Assembly: GCA_030646955.1 (NCBI GenBank)
Contig: JAUSKM010000015.1
Span: 285-64,284 of the forward strand
Length of the DNA: 64,000 bases
Direction: 5' to 3'
DNA from: a bacterium
Lineage (GTDB): Bacteria; Patescibacteriota; Patescibacteriia; JACPHY01
How positions within the stretch are numbered: the first letter of the stretch is position 1; each line of letters begins with the position of its first letter. The notes under the pieces were generated by a model that saw only the letters and a list, made by a program, of their open reading frames with translations, was not told where the DNA came from and made no database searches. The translations under genes were made by a program, and so were the position numbers. This document shows, piece after piece, positions 29,944-38,009 of the stretch.

Positions 29944-31782
29944 TTACATCATCGACATGTCCAGGATGATCTGCACGGCATCGACGAGGCTCTTGCACGG
30001 CTTCATGTTCGGCTTCTGACGTAGGCTCCTGGTGGAGAGCACGTAGGCCGGAACCGGACCGTAGCCCTCGATCAGAACGGTCGGCTTCCCGGCCTCCAGC
30101 GCGAGAAGCACTTCGCGGAGCGTGCCTTCCTCACCGCCGAGGGTCAGAACGACGTTGCTGTCGGCGATCATCTGCTGACGCATGTCGTCCTTCTCACCCA
30201 CAAACATGACGGGCACCCCGCCGAACGAGTCTTCCGCCCTGCCCTGCATGTAGCTGGGCTGGTAGAGACGCACTTCCGGCTGGGCAACCTTGTCGCTCGC
30301 GAGAGCCGCCCTGAGGACCGCACCCGGATTTCCGCCCGGCGTTCCGGCGAAGAACGAGCAGTGGGAACTGAGGTTGTCGGCCACGAACTGCGCCGCGCCC
30401 TGCGGAAGATCGGGCTGCTTCCCGGATCCGACCACGAGCACGTTGTGACGCGCGTGATTTGCTCCGTTCGGCACGGTCGCCGGCAACGGTTCCTCGGGCA
30501 GGGCGATGAAGTCGGCGACGAGCTTCTTCCACCGCTTGCTGGACGTGATTTTCTTGAGCTTGCGCTCTATCTTCTCGCGCTTGCGCCGCTCGGTGTCCTC
30601 GGCCTTGGCCTGCTTCTGCTGCTCCTTGAACTCGGCCACTTCCTTCTCGTGTTCGGCCCTTCCCTCGGCGACCTGCTGAACGTGTTCCGCGCGCCGATTC
30701 TTCTGACGCTCAGCCCACTTCTTGTGCTGCTCTTCGATCTGGTTGTCGATGTCGGCGGCCACGTAGATGTAGCCATCGGGGACTGCAAGCAGACACCTGC
30801 GGATCGTCTCGGACGCTTTCGTGGGACGCTCCACGACCTTGGCGTAGGTACCGGGGGCGTAGTCGATGCCCATCAGTTCGGGTTTGTCCTCGAAGGTGTT
30901 GTCCGGATCGACGCCCCAGTTGACGTTGCGGTGGTGGTCGAGATCCTGGCCGTACTCGTTCGAGCCGACGATGCTCCAGCTCGAGTGACCGATCCGGTTG
31001 CGCCACGCGTCTGCATCGAAGTATTTGACCAGCACCCGGATCTGACGACCGGAATCGACCGTCGAATCCACGAAGAGGACGTGCTTGCCCCGGAGCGTTC
31101 CCTTCTTGGCGAACTCCTCGAGCTTGTCCTCGTCGAGCTGACCACCGCCCTGATCCACCTTGATGCTGAACATCTCGGTGAGACCGAGAGCGCGCCGCAG
31201 GATGATGCAGGGAAGACGACCACCGCGGTCGATGGACACGAGCACGGTCTGCTCGATGCTCACCTTATGGGAACGACGCAGATGTTTGACGACCGTCTGA
31301 TGCAGGCCGTAGTACGGAATCGCACGGGCGATGCGCTCCATCTCGCCGACCGACTCGAGCATAGCGATTGCCCGCTCGTACTCGGCGCGGCTGATGCGCT
31401 TCTTGATCTTGTCGATCCCATCGTCGGCGTCCATGATGTTGCGGTCGCGCAGGAGGGGGATCTTGAAATAGCCCTTCTTCTTGTCGTCGTCCTCGTCGAT
31501 GCCGCGCGTGTAGGCGAAGCGAAAGACCTCGTTAGCATCGTCCACGAGGCGCATGCGCTCGACGTGGCTCAAGGACTCGAAATCCTCGATCCTACTCTGC
31601 TCGAGCTTGAGGCGCGGAGTGAAGTCCTCCTTCTCGAACGTCGGCTCGACGTAGGGCGGGAGCCCGATGATCCCGTTCCGATACGCCTGCAGGAGGCTCC
31701 ACTGGATCTCCGGCATGGCCACGACGAGACGCTGAGCGAGAGACTGACGACATCCGAGAGACATGTGCATGCCGAATGACAT
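29944..31782 (-). CDS. Multidomain protein: unknown N-domain + type I phosphoribosyltransferase core + Lys/Glu-rich coiled coil + LOG/SLOG Rossmann domain
   Basis: 612 aa. PRT motifs: VSIDRGGRLPCIIL and GKHVLFVDSTVDSGRQ (aa 233-247). Coiled coil roughly aa 345-420 (EEQHKKWAERQKNRRAEH...KREKIERKLKK). LOG-type motifs: NVLVVGSGK, TPGGNPGAVL, LTLGGEEGTLRE (aa 546-557), KPTVLIEG. The stop codon is TAA. Confidence 0.75.
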   Translation of the reverse strand: MSFGMHMSLGCRQSLAQRLVVAMPEIQWSLLQAYRNGIIGLPPYVEPTFEKEDFTPRLKLEQSRIEDFESLSHVERMRLVDDANEVFRFAYTRGIDEDDDKKKGYFKIPLLRDRNIMDADDGIDKIKKRISRAEYERAIAMLESVGEMERIARAIPYYGLHQTVVKHLRRSHKVSIEQTVLVSIDRGGRLPCIILRRALGLTEMFSIKVDQGGGQLDEDKLEEFAKKGTLRGKHVLFVDSTVDSGRQIRVLVKYFDADAWRNRIGHSSWSIVGSNEYGQDLDHHRNVNWGVDPDNTFEDKPELMGIDYAPGTYAKVVERPTKASETIRRCLLAVPDGYIYVAADIDNQIEEQHKKWAERQKNRRAEHVQQVAEGRAEHEKEVAEFKEQQKQAKAEDTERRKREKIERKLKKITSSKRWKKLVADFIALPEEPLPATVPNGANHARHNVLVVGSGKQPDLPQGAAQFVADNLSSHCSFFAGTPGGNPGAVLRAALASDKVAQPEVRLYQPSYMQGRAEDSFGGVPVMFVGEKDDMRQQMIADSNVVLTLGGEEGTLREVLLALEAGKPTVLIEGYGPVPAYVLSTRSLRQKPNMKPCKSLVDAVQIILDMSMM

Positions 31783-31863
31783 GGATCACCTCTTGTGGGA
31801 CGCGTGGTTGGAATGAAAAGAACCGTACAGCCACCATGACTGTACGGGACAACGTGCTTTTTG

Positions 31864-33195
31864 TCAAGCAGGGACGCCACGCACGTTCCGGACGATTGCC
31901 AACGGCGTCTGCTCGCTGCTCTGACCCAGTGGATTGTCTCGAAATACTGCACGAATACGCGCACGATCCACGCCCTCGGACACGCCCAACACCTCGACGC
32001 CAAGATCATTAGCATCGATAATCGCAATGCCAACACCAATACGTCGCGCGAGGCGCTCCGCAACGGCATCGGGGTCCTTGGGCCCCAGGACGGCATACGC
32101 GTTGTACGGCGGGAGCGTGTACGAGCACGGCCCATCAATCGCATTCACGCTGTGCCCTGCCAAACGGTAGAAAAGCCCGGAGATACCAAATGGTTTTGTG
32201 ACGGCCGCGACGGCTGCGGCGAGCAGGATGCGCAACGTGCCGGCTTCGCGCAGCGCAAGTTCCATCGTCTCCGGCCGCGCAAGCCCGATGCCGGCAGGAT
32301 TCTTGGTGACGAACCGCACGAGCTGTGTTGCCAGCCACCGCGGACGAATCTCGTCCACGCGGTATGCACGCCCCTGTGTGATCGCCACCACGCGCTCGGA
32401 AATCGCCAGCACGTCATCCGGCCGCAGGTACTCCGTGGTGTGCTTCGTCACCAGCTCCAAGAGATCATCGTGCGGCAGCACGACGTTTGTCCTCACCGGA
32501 TAGCGCGCAAGACGCTCCTCCTGATCCCGCACGTAGCTCACCACAAGCTCCTTGCCCGCGTTTGGCACGAACGGAGGATCTGCGTCACCCGCAAAATGCG
32601 TGCGACGAACCGCGTCCAATGCCGCATCCAACAGCCGCTCGGCATCGCTGCCAAGCGAAGCAATGATGGTGCGTCCCCAGCGGCTGTACCCATAGAGCGC
32701 GCGCAGGGCGATGCGACGCCCCACCGATGGCGTCGCAGCATGATCGCGCGCGTTATCAATGATGTCCGCTGCCTTCACCATTCGAACGGCCCGCGGCGCA
32801 TCCAAAAACGCGCGTGCTTGCGACCACTTGGCATCGCGCCCTGGCGTCCAGGTGAGCCAACGCACCGCACCTGCAACCGCGTCGCCGAATGCGGTAGCGA
32901 TATCGTCTACCCGAACGCCGCAATCCTCCACCACGTCATGGAGCAGCGCGGCAGCAATCGCATCAGCATCGCGCACGCGGAATTCCTCCAACAACGATAC
33001 CGCGACCCGCATGGGATGAATGATGTACGGAATCGCCGGATTCCCTTTCCGCGTCTGTCCCGCATGCGCATCACGAGCAAAGGACAACGCCGTGCGAATA
33101 CGGTGTTGCTCTGCTTCGTTGCATGACGCAAGCGCCCGATCAAATCGAGCTTCCTGGGCAGCACAATCAACAAATTCCTTCCACGACACGGGCAT
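31864..33195 (-). CDS. Fusion of a RelA/SpoT-type HD hydrolase domain and a CofE (F420-0:gamma-glutamyl ligase)-like domain
   Basis: HD domain: AHAGQTRKGNPAIPYIIHPMRVAVSLL...AALLHDVVEDCGV...FGDAVAGAV. C-terminal half: DDVLAISERVVAITQGRAY...VGIAIIDANDLG...NPLGQSSEQTPLAIV. The track start at 33219 is GTG; the first ATG is at 33195. Confidence 0.7.
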   Translation of the reverse strand: MPVSWKEFVDCAAQEARFDRALASCNEAEQHRIRTALSFARDAHAGQTRKGNPAIPYIIHPMRVAVSLLEEFRVRDADAIAAALLHDVVEDCGVRVDDIATAFGDAVAGAVRWLTWTPGRDAKWSQARAFLDAPRAVRMVKAADIIDNARDHAATPSVGRRIALRALYGYSRWGRTIIASLGSDAERLLDAALDAVRRTHFAGDADPPFVPNAGKELVVSYVRDQEERLARYPVRTNVVLPHDDLLELVTKHTTEYLRPDDVLAISERVVAITQGRAYRVDEIRPRWLATQLVRFVTKNPAGIGLARPETMELALREAGTLRILLAAAVAAVTKPFGISGLFYRLAGHSVNAIDGPCSYTLPPYNAYAVLGPKDPDAVAERLARRIGVGIAIIDANDLGVEVLGVSEGVDRARIRAVFRDNPLGQSSEQTPLAIVRNVRGVPA

Positions 33196-33272
33196 ACATA
33201 TTCTAGTGTAGCACGACACTGCACTTGACGAACTCCCAGAAGTCGCTACGCTGGTAATGCATACACACTGCT

Positions 33273-33344
33273 GGCCCCATCGTCTAGCGGCTAGGACGGT
33301 GCCCTCTCACGGCACAAACCCGGGTTCGATTCCCGGTGGGGTCA
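33273..33344 (+). tRNA. tRNA-Glu (anticodon CUC)
   Basis: GGCCCCA TC GTCT AGCGGCTA GGAC G GTGCC CTCTCAC GGCAC AAAC CCGGG TTCGATT CCCGG TGGGGTC A. Folded by hand. Confidence 0.9.
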
Positions 33345-33347
33345 TAT

Positions 33348-33381
33348 GAAAACCGCCCTCCGATTTCGGAGGGCGGTTTTC
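33348..33381. terminator. Bidirectional rho-independent terminator (tRNA-Glu / murF)
   Basis: gaaaaccgccctccga tt tcggagggcggttttc is a perfect 16-bp stem flanked by A and T runs. It abuts the murF stop at 33383. Confidence 0.85.
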
Positions 33382-33382
33382 A

Positions 33383-34708
33383 TTATGCGGTCCACGCGCG
33401 GTCCTGGCGGCAGAGGAGTGCTGGTGCGCGGAGGGGATCGGCCATGAGCTCACGGACGATGCGCTCGAGACGGACGCCTTGGGAACCCTTGATGAGTACC
33501 ACGTCGCCGGGTGCCAGAAGATCCTGCACAAAGCGGCCCGCCTCCTGGGCGCGGGAAAATTCTAGGATGCGATCCGCGGGCATGCCCGCTGCGCGCGCGG
33601 CAGCGGCGGTCTGGCGGCTGGCGGCGCCCACACAGATCAGGTACGCAAGCGACTGCGCCGCGGCCAACCGCCCGATCCGCTCGTGCTCCTGAATCGTGAG
33701 CGTCCCCAGTTCCAACATGTCCCCAAGCACCGCGATGGCACGGCCCGGCACCGTACGCTGCTCCAGCGCGTGCAGGGCAACGGCAACCGCGAGCGGCGAT
33801 GCATTGTAGCTGTCATCCAAAAGCGCCGTCTCCTTGATGCCGGGGATGATACGCATGCGACCCGGCGCCGGTTGGTACTGCCGCAGCGCGTGCGAAATCT
33901 CCACGAGGTGCATGCCCAGTCCCAAACCCACCGCCGCCGCGGCAAGCGCCGCGTGCATGTGCCCTGCCCCCAGACACCCCGGGAGATGCACCGGCACCGT
34001 TGCGCCCCCTGCAACAATTTTGAACGTCATCCCGCCCGGAAGCACAAATCCTCCTGTCGTTCCTTGTTCCTTGTCCCTTACCCCTTGTGCTCCAGAGGTA
34101 ACTCGGTACTCGATCCCGCGTACGTCCGCATCCTCGTGCGTGCCGTACGAAATGACGCGCGCCTTCGTGCGCTCCGTCATCGCCCACACATGGATATCAT
34201 CACGGTTGAGTACTGCGATGTCATCGCGGCTGAGCACGCTGACGAGCTTGCGTTTCTCGCTCGCCACGCGGTCCACGGACTTAAAGAATTCCGTGTGCGC
34301 TGCGCCAACCGCCGTGACGACAGCAACGTGCGGACGCGCAATGCGTAGGAGGTAGCTCAAATCGCCTGGATGGTCCGCGCCATACTCCAGCACGAGCGCC
34401 TCCGGGTACCGCAACCCACGCACGGCTGCGTACCACTTCCCCCGCGCAAGCAACGCAACCCAGCGCCACGGCGACCGGCCGGGCGCCCGCCCTCCGATGA
34501 TCGCCACCGGCAACCCAATCTCGTTGTTGTAGTTCTTCGGCGCAGCGCGAACGTCCCAATCGGCGTCCAACACCGCACGGATTGCCTCACGCGCCGACGT
34601 TTTCCCCACACTGCCCGTGATACCCACGATCAGCGGTTGCTGCCGCCGCACCACTGCACGGGCGAGGAAGGCGAGGAGTGATTCCAAGAATGTACGCATA
34701 GCGATCAA
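33383..34708 (-). CDS. murF: UDP-MurNAc-tripeptide--D-Ala-D-Ala ligase
   Basis: GITGSVGKTSAREAI P-loop, the Mur ligase middle and C-terminal domains, and dcw context after ftsI. Confidence 0.9.
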   Translation of the reverse strand: MIAMRTFLESLLAFLARAVVRRQQPLIVGITGSVGKTSAREAIRAVLDADWDVRAAPKNYNNEIGLPVAIIGGRAPGRSPWRWVALLARGKWYAAVRGLRYPEALVLEYGADHPGDLSYLLRIARPHVAVVTAVGAAHTEFFKSVDRVASEKRKLVSVLSRDDIAVLNRDDIHVWAMTERTKARVISYGTHEDADVRGIEYRVTSGAQGVRDKEQGTTGGFVLPGGMTFKIVAGGATVPVHLPGCLGAGHMHAALAAAAVGLGLGMHLVEISHALRQYQPAPGRMRIIPGIKETALLDDSYNASPLAVAVALHALEQRTVPGRAIAVLGDMLELGTLTIQEHERIGRLAAAQSLAYLICVGAASRQTAAAARAAGMPADRILEFSRAQEAGRFVQDLLAPGDVVLIKGSQGVRLERIVRELMADPLRAPALLCRQDRAWTA

Positions 34709-34714
34709 CGCACG

Positions 34715-36496
34715 TTACTCCACCCGCGGCGGAACGCCGTCATACTGGACGATATACGCTGCGAGGTCGCCGAACAAGGGGGCGGCAGTGGAATCCGCAA
34801 AGAGCCGCTGTGCACGGTCAATGCGAACAACCATGGAAAAGGTTGGCCGATCCACCGGTCCGATTCCTACGAACGTATGGATCGTGTCATCTGAATAGCC
34901 CGGTCGATCACGGTACGGAATCTGCGCCGTGCCGGTTTTCCCGCCAATGAGGTACCCGCGCACCCCCGCGCTCTTGGCGTACCCGTCTCGCACCACGCTC
35001 ACCAGCATGCCCTGGAGTATCACCGCTGCGCGTTGACTCACCGCGCGATGCACAATGCGCGGCGCAAAGGTTTTGCGTGTGCCATCCGGCGCCACAACCG
35101 CCTCCACGATGCGCGGCTCCATGAGGTTCCCGCCGTTTGCGATTGCTGCGTACGCTACGGCAAGCTGAAGCTGCGTGGCGGTAATGCCCTGCCCAAACGA
35201 CGCGGTGGCGAGATAGATGTCGCCGCGCTGCACGAGGTTCGCAATGTTCCCGGGCGACTCCGCATCGAGCGCGATCCCCGTCCGCGCACCAAACCCAAAC
35301 CGCTCGATGGCCTCGCGGAACCGATCACGCCCCAGCTGCATCGCCGCGTACACGGTTCCCGTATTAATCGAAAATCGAAGCACGTCCGTCATCGTCGAAC
35401 GCCCGTAGACCTTATGGAGCGAGTTTGTGATGGTGTGATTATTCAACGTGACGCTGCCGGTGTCCGTAAACTCTGTATTTGGCCCTACCGCATCCGCTTC
35501 GATTGCCGCAGCCATGGTGACGGCCTTGAACACCGAGCCGGGCTCGTATGCGTCCGATACGGCTGGGGTCTGGTACACGCCGATATCCTCCACATCGCCA
35601 TACCGATTGGGATCGAACGCCGGCACGGCGCACATTGCACGCACGGCACCGGTCACGGGATGGAGGATGACAATAGATCCGCTGGCCGCGCCGTGTTTTG
35701 TAACCGCATCCTCCAGCCGGCGGCACACTTCCAGTTGGAGCTCCCGTTCAATAGTAAGGTACACGTCCGACCCATGTTCCGCCTGGCGGCCATCGCGTTT
35801 CCCAAACACGATGAGGCGACCGGCGGCATCGCGCTCCCCCTCCAGGAATCCCGAGGTGCCGGCGAGCACGTCTTCGAACGCGCCCTCGACGCCGTACCGT
35901 CCCGCGATGCGCGAATCCTCGTCTGCGCCAACGAAACCCGTAAGGTGCGCCATGCGCGTCCCATCGGGATAGAAGCGCGCGATCGTGGGCTGCGTATGGA
36001 TGCCGGGCAGCGCGAGCGCGAGCACCGAATCGCGCAGCTCCGCAGATGCATCGCGCGTGACGGGCTCGTAGGGGTCATTGGGTTTGCTCAGACGCTCCGC
36101 AAGCGCAACCTCTGCCGCCTCGTCCAACTGCAGCAGTGGCGCCAGGAGCCCTGCGGCGCGCTTGGGCTGTGCGATCTCCGTCGGCACCGCGTAGACGGTG
36201 TACGTTCGCTGATTCGTCGCCACCGGGAAGTACCCGTCACTCGCCTGCCGATCGTGTACAAAAATTTCACCACGCTCCGCCGTGAGCTGCCGGAACACCT
36301 CGTGCTGCCCGGCCGCAAGCCCCGTGTACCACTCGTGGTCGCGCACCTGCACAATCCAGAGCCGCACGACCACCACCGCCCACAGCAACACGAACACGCC
36401 CGCGACCACCACGAGGCGCGGATCCCGGCCGCCGCGCGGACGCGCCGCAGCCCGCCCCGCCCCCCATCCATTCCGCATCATGCGCGCGGCTGCCAT
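34715..36496 (-). CDS. ftsI: Class B penicillin-binding protein / transpeptidase (FtsI-like)
   Basis: TM anchor (LVVVAGVFVLLWAVVVV), SxxK (GSVFKAV), SxN (FSINTG), KTG (GGKTGTA). Start placed at the ATG at 36496, just after the upstream stop. Confidence 0.85.
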   Translation of the reverse strand: MAAARMMRNGWGAGRAAARPRGGRDPRLVVVAGVFVLLWAVVVVRLWIVQVRDHEWYTGLAAGQHEVFRQLTAERGEIFVHDRQASDGYFPVATNQRTYTVYAVPTEIAQPKRAAGLLAPLLQLDEAAEVALAERLSKPNDPYEPVTRDASAELRDSVLALALPGIHTQPTIARFYPDGTRMAHLTGFVGADEDSRIAGRYGVEGAFEDVLAGTSGFLEGERDAAGRLIVFGKRDGRQAEHGSDVYLTIERELQLEVCRRLEDAVTKHGAASGSIVILHPVTGAVRAMCAVPAFDPNRYGDVEDIGVYQTPAVSDAYEPGSVFKAVTMAAAIEADAVGPNTEFTDTGSVTLNNHTITNSLHKVYGRSTMTDVLRFSINTGTVYAAMQLGRDRFREAIERFGFGARTGIALDAESPGNIANLVQRGDIYLATASFGQGITATQLQLAVAYAAIANGGNLMEPRIVEAVVAPDGTRKTFAPRIVHRAVSQRAAVILQGMLVSVVRDGYAKSAGVRGYLIGGKTGTAQIPYRDRPGYSDDTIHTFVGIGPVDRPTFSMVVRIDRAQRLFADSTAAPLFGDLAAYIVQYDGVPPRVE

Positions 36497-36503
36497 AGGT
36501 TCT

Positions 36504-37664
36504 TCACAATCTCCCCTCTCCCACCGGGCTGTAGCCATTGCGAACCTCCTCGCCATCGGTGTAGCCGTCGCCGTCACTGTCCCGGCTGTTCAGGTCACTG
36601 CCGTACAACGCCTCGCGAACGTCGGAAAGACCGTCGGCATCGGCATCGGAACCTGCGGGCAATGCGTGCGACGGCTGCGGTTGCACGCCGAAGAGCTGCT
36701 CGATGACATCGTCGAGCGGGAGCGCGCTCGGAGGCGGCGCCATGGTCACGGGAACGTTCCAATCTGACCACTGGATGTCTGCGGTGCCGGTGAGGCGGAT
36801 GTTCGTTGCGTCCTCGCGCACCGCGAACGGGAACTGCGCGCGCACGAACGCACCCGCGCCCGTGAGCCACACATCGATCGTAATGTCCCGCACCCGCGGA
36901 ACGACTGCGGTCTGGAGCAATGCGGCCAGCGTCTCCCCACTCTCGCTTCCTGCGAGGAGCGCGATGAGCGCAGCGAGCGCTTGCTCGTTGATCGTCGTGC
37001 GGAGGTGCCGCGCGCGGACGCCGTCTACGCGCTCGCGCCCGAGATCCTCCTGGAACATGAGCAGTGGGTGCGTCCGCGCTTGTTCACGCAGCGCCGCGGC
37101 GCGACTCGCGTCGTACGGTGCGCTGGGTGCTGCCGCGCCTCCTATGCGCTGCTGGAGCCGCGCAAAGGTTGCACTATCCGCCACTACCCACCGCTCGCCG
37201 AGCATGCCCTGGACGATGCCCGCGCCGAGCGCCACGGCAGGCGCCGATGTCCCGCCGAGGAACGAAAAATCCCGCAGTCGGAGGTACTGCATCTCGCCAA
37301 TCGCTCGCGTGTCGAGCAGGAAGCCCAGCGTCGCATCACCGATCGCGCCCGCTGCCGTGATCGTCCCATCGCTTGCACGCGCGCCATCGTGCTCGCCGCG
37401 CCGTCCGTCATACGTCAGATGGAGCGACGCGGATTGCTCGTCCTGCTCCCACGCGATGCGCACGTCCGCGCGTGTGCGCACGGACACCGCCTCGACGGCC
37501 TGCACCCACGCACGATCGAGCGCCACCTGCGGATGCCGCGCCACCGCGCTCCACGGCCCCGCGCCCATCACCGCCGCGACCGTGCCAGCGGCTGCCGCGA
37601 CAATAATCGCAACAACTGCGGGCACGATGCCTCTTGGTTCCGTACCGTGTCGAAGCATAGTCAT
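36504..37664 (-). CDS. Membrane-anchored hypothetical protein with a C-terminal TSP3-like calcium-binding repeat
   Basis: N-terminal anchor VPAVVAIIVAAAAGTVAAV. The C-terminus is GSDADADGLSDVREALYGSDLNSRDSDGDGYTDGEE (a DxDxDG pattern). Confidence 0.6.
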   Translation of the reverse strand: MTMLRHGTEPRGIVPAVVAIIVAAAAGTVAAVMGAGPWSAVARHPQVALDRAWVQAVEAVSVRTRADVRIAWEQDEQSASLHLTYDGRRGEHDGARASDGTITAAGAIGDATLGFLLDTRAIGEMQYLRLRDFSFLGGTSAPAVALGAGIVQGMLGERWVVADSATFARLQQRIGGAAAPSAPYDASRAAALREQARTHPLLMFQEDLGRERVDGVRARHLRTTINEQALAALIALLAGSESGETLAALLQTAVVPRVRDITIDVWLTGAGAFVRAQFPFAVREDATNIRLTGTADIQWSDWNVPVTMAPPPSALPLDDVIEQLFGVQPQPSHALPAGSDADADGLSDVREALYGSDLNSRDSDGDGYTDGEEVRNGYSPVGEGRL

Positions 37665-37990
37665 GATGTCAATGCATTCGCTTCAATCGTGCACCATTCG
37701 CCCTGCTCCGCATCCCATCGAAATGCGCGAAGGAACGACACGAGATCATTGGTATCGTACATTTTTTGCACTGCCGTTTCTCCACCGATGCGCCGCGATC
37801 CCAACGCATGCTCACCGATGGTGCGCGGCTTGGTGACGTATTCCAACCGCACTCGTCCCATCGGCGCCTCAAATTCTACGAACGCCACCGTGCTCAATGG
37901 CACGCCCTCCAGTTCGGTTCTGCCTTCCTCTGCAATCACGAACCGCTCGGCAATGCGATCCAGGAGATCCGCCCATTGGGATGGTTGCAT
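37661..37990 (-). CDS. Small hypothetical cytoplasmic protein
   Basis: MQPSQWADLLDRIAERFVIAEEGRTELEGVPLSTVAFVEFEAPMGRVRLEYV.... Its stop overlaps the next gene's start by 4 nt. No motif recognised. Confidence 0.45.
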   Translation of the reverse strand: MQPSQWADLLDRIAERFVIAEEGRTELEGVPLSTVAFVEFEAPMGRVRLEYVTKPRTIGEHALGSRRIGGETAVQKMYDTNDLVSFLRAFRWDAEQGEWCTIEANALTS

Positions 37991-38009
37991 ACAAAAACAA
38001 TGCGATGCC

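Noticed and set aside
30361-31779. 472-aa plus-strand ORF
   Set aside because: It is antisense to the PRTase-LOG gene. The sequence is repetitive (L/G/V/D/H), whereas the minus-strand frame carries the recognisable domain motifs.
31690-31782. Sigma-54 region-I-like N-terminus of the 612-aa protein (MSLGCRQSLAQRLVVAMPEIQWSLLQAY versus the L-x-L-x-Q-x-L-x-M-T-P-Q-L-Q-Q-x-I-x-L-L-Q pattern)
   Set aside because: This is only a loose resemblance over about 25 residues. No RpoN core-binding or RpoN-box regions follow. It is treated as coincidence unless profile searches say otherwise.
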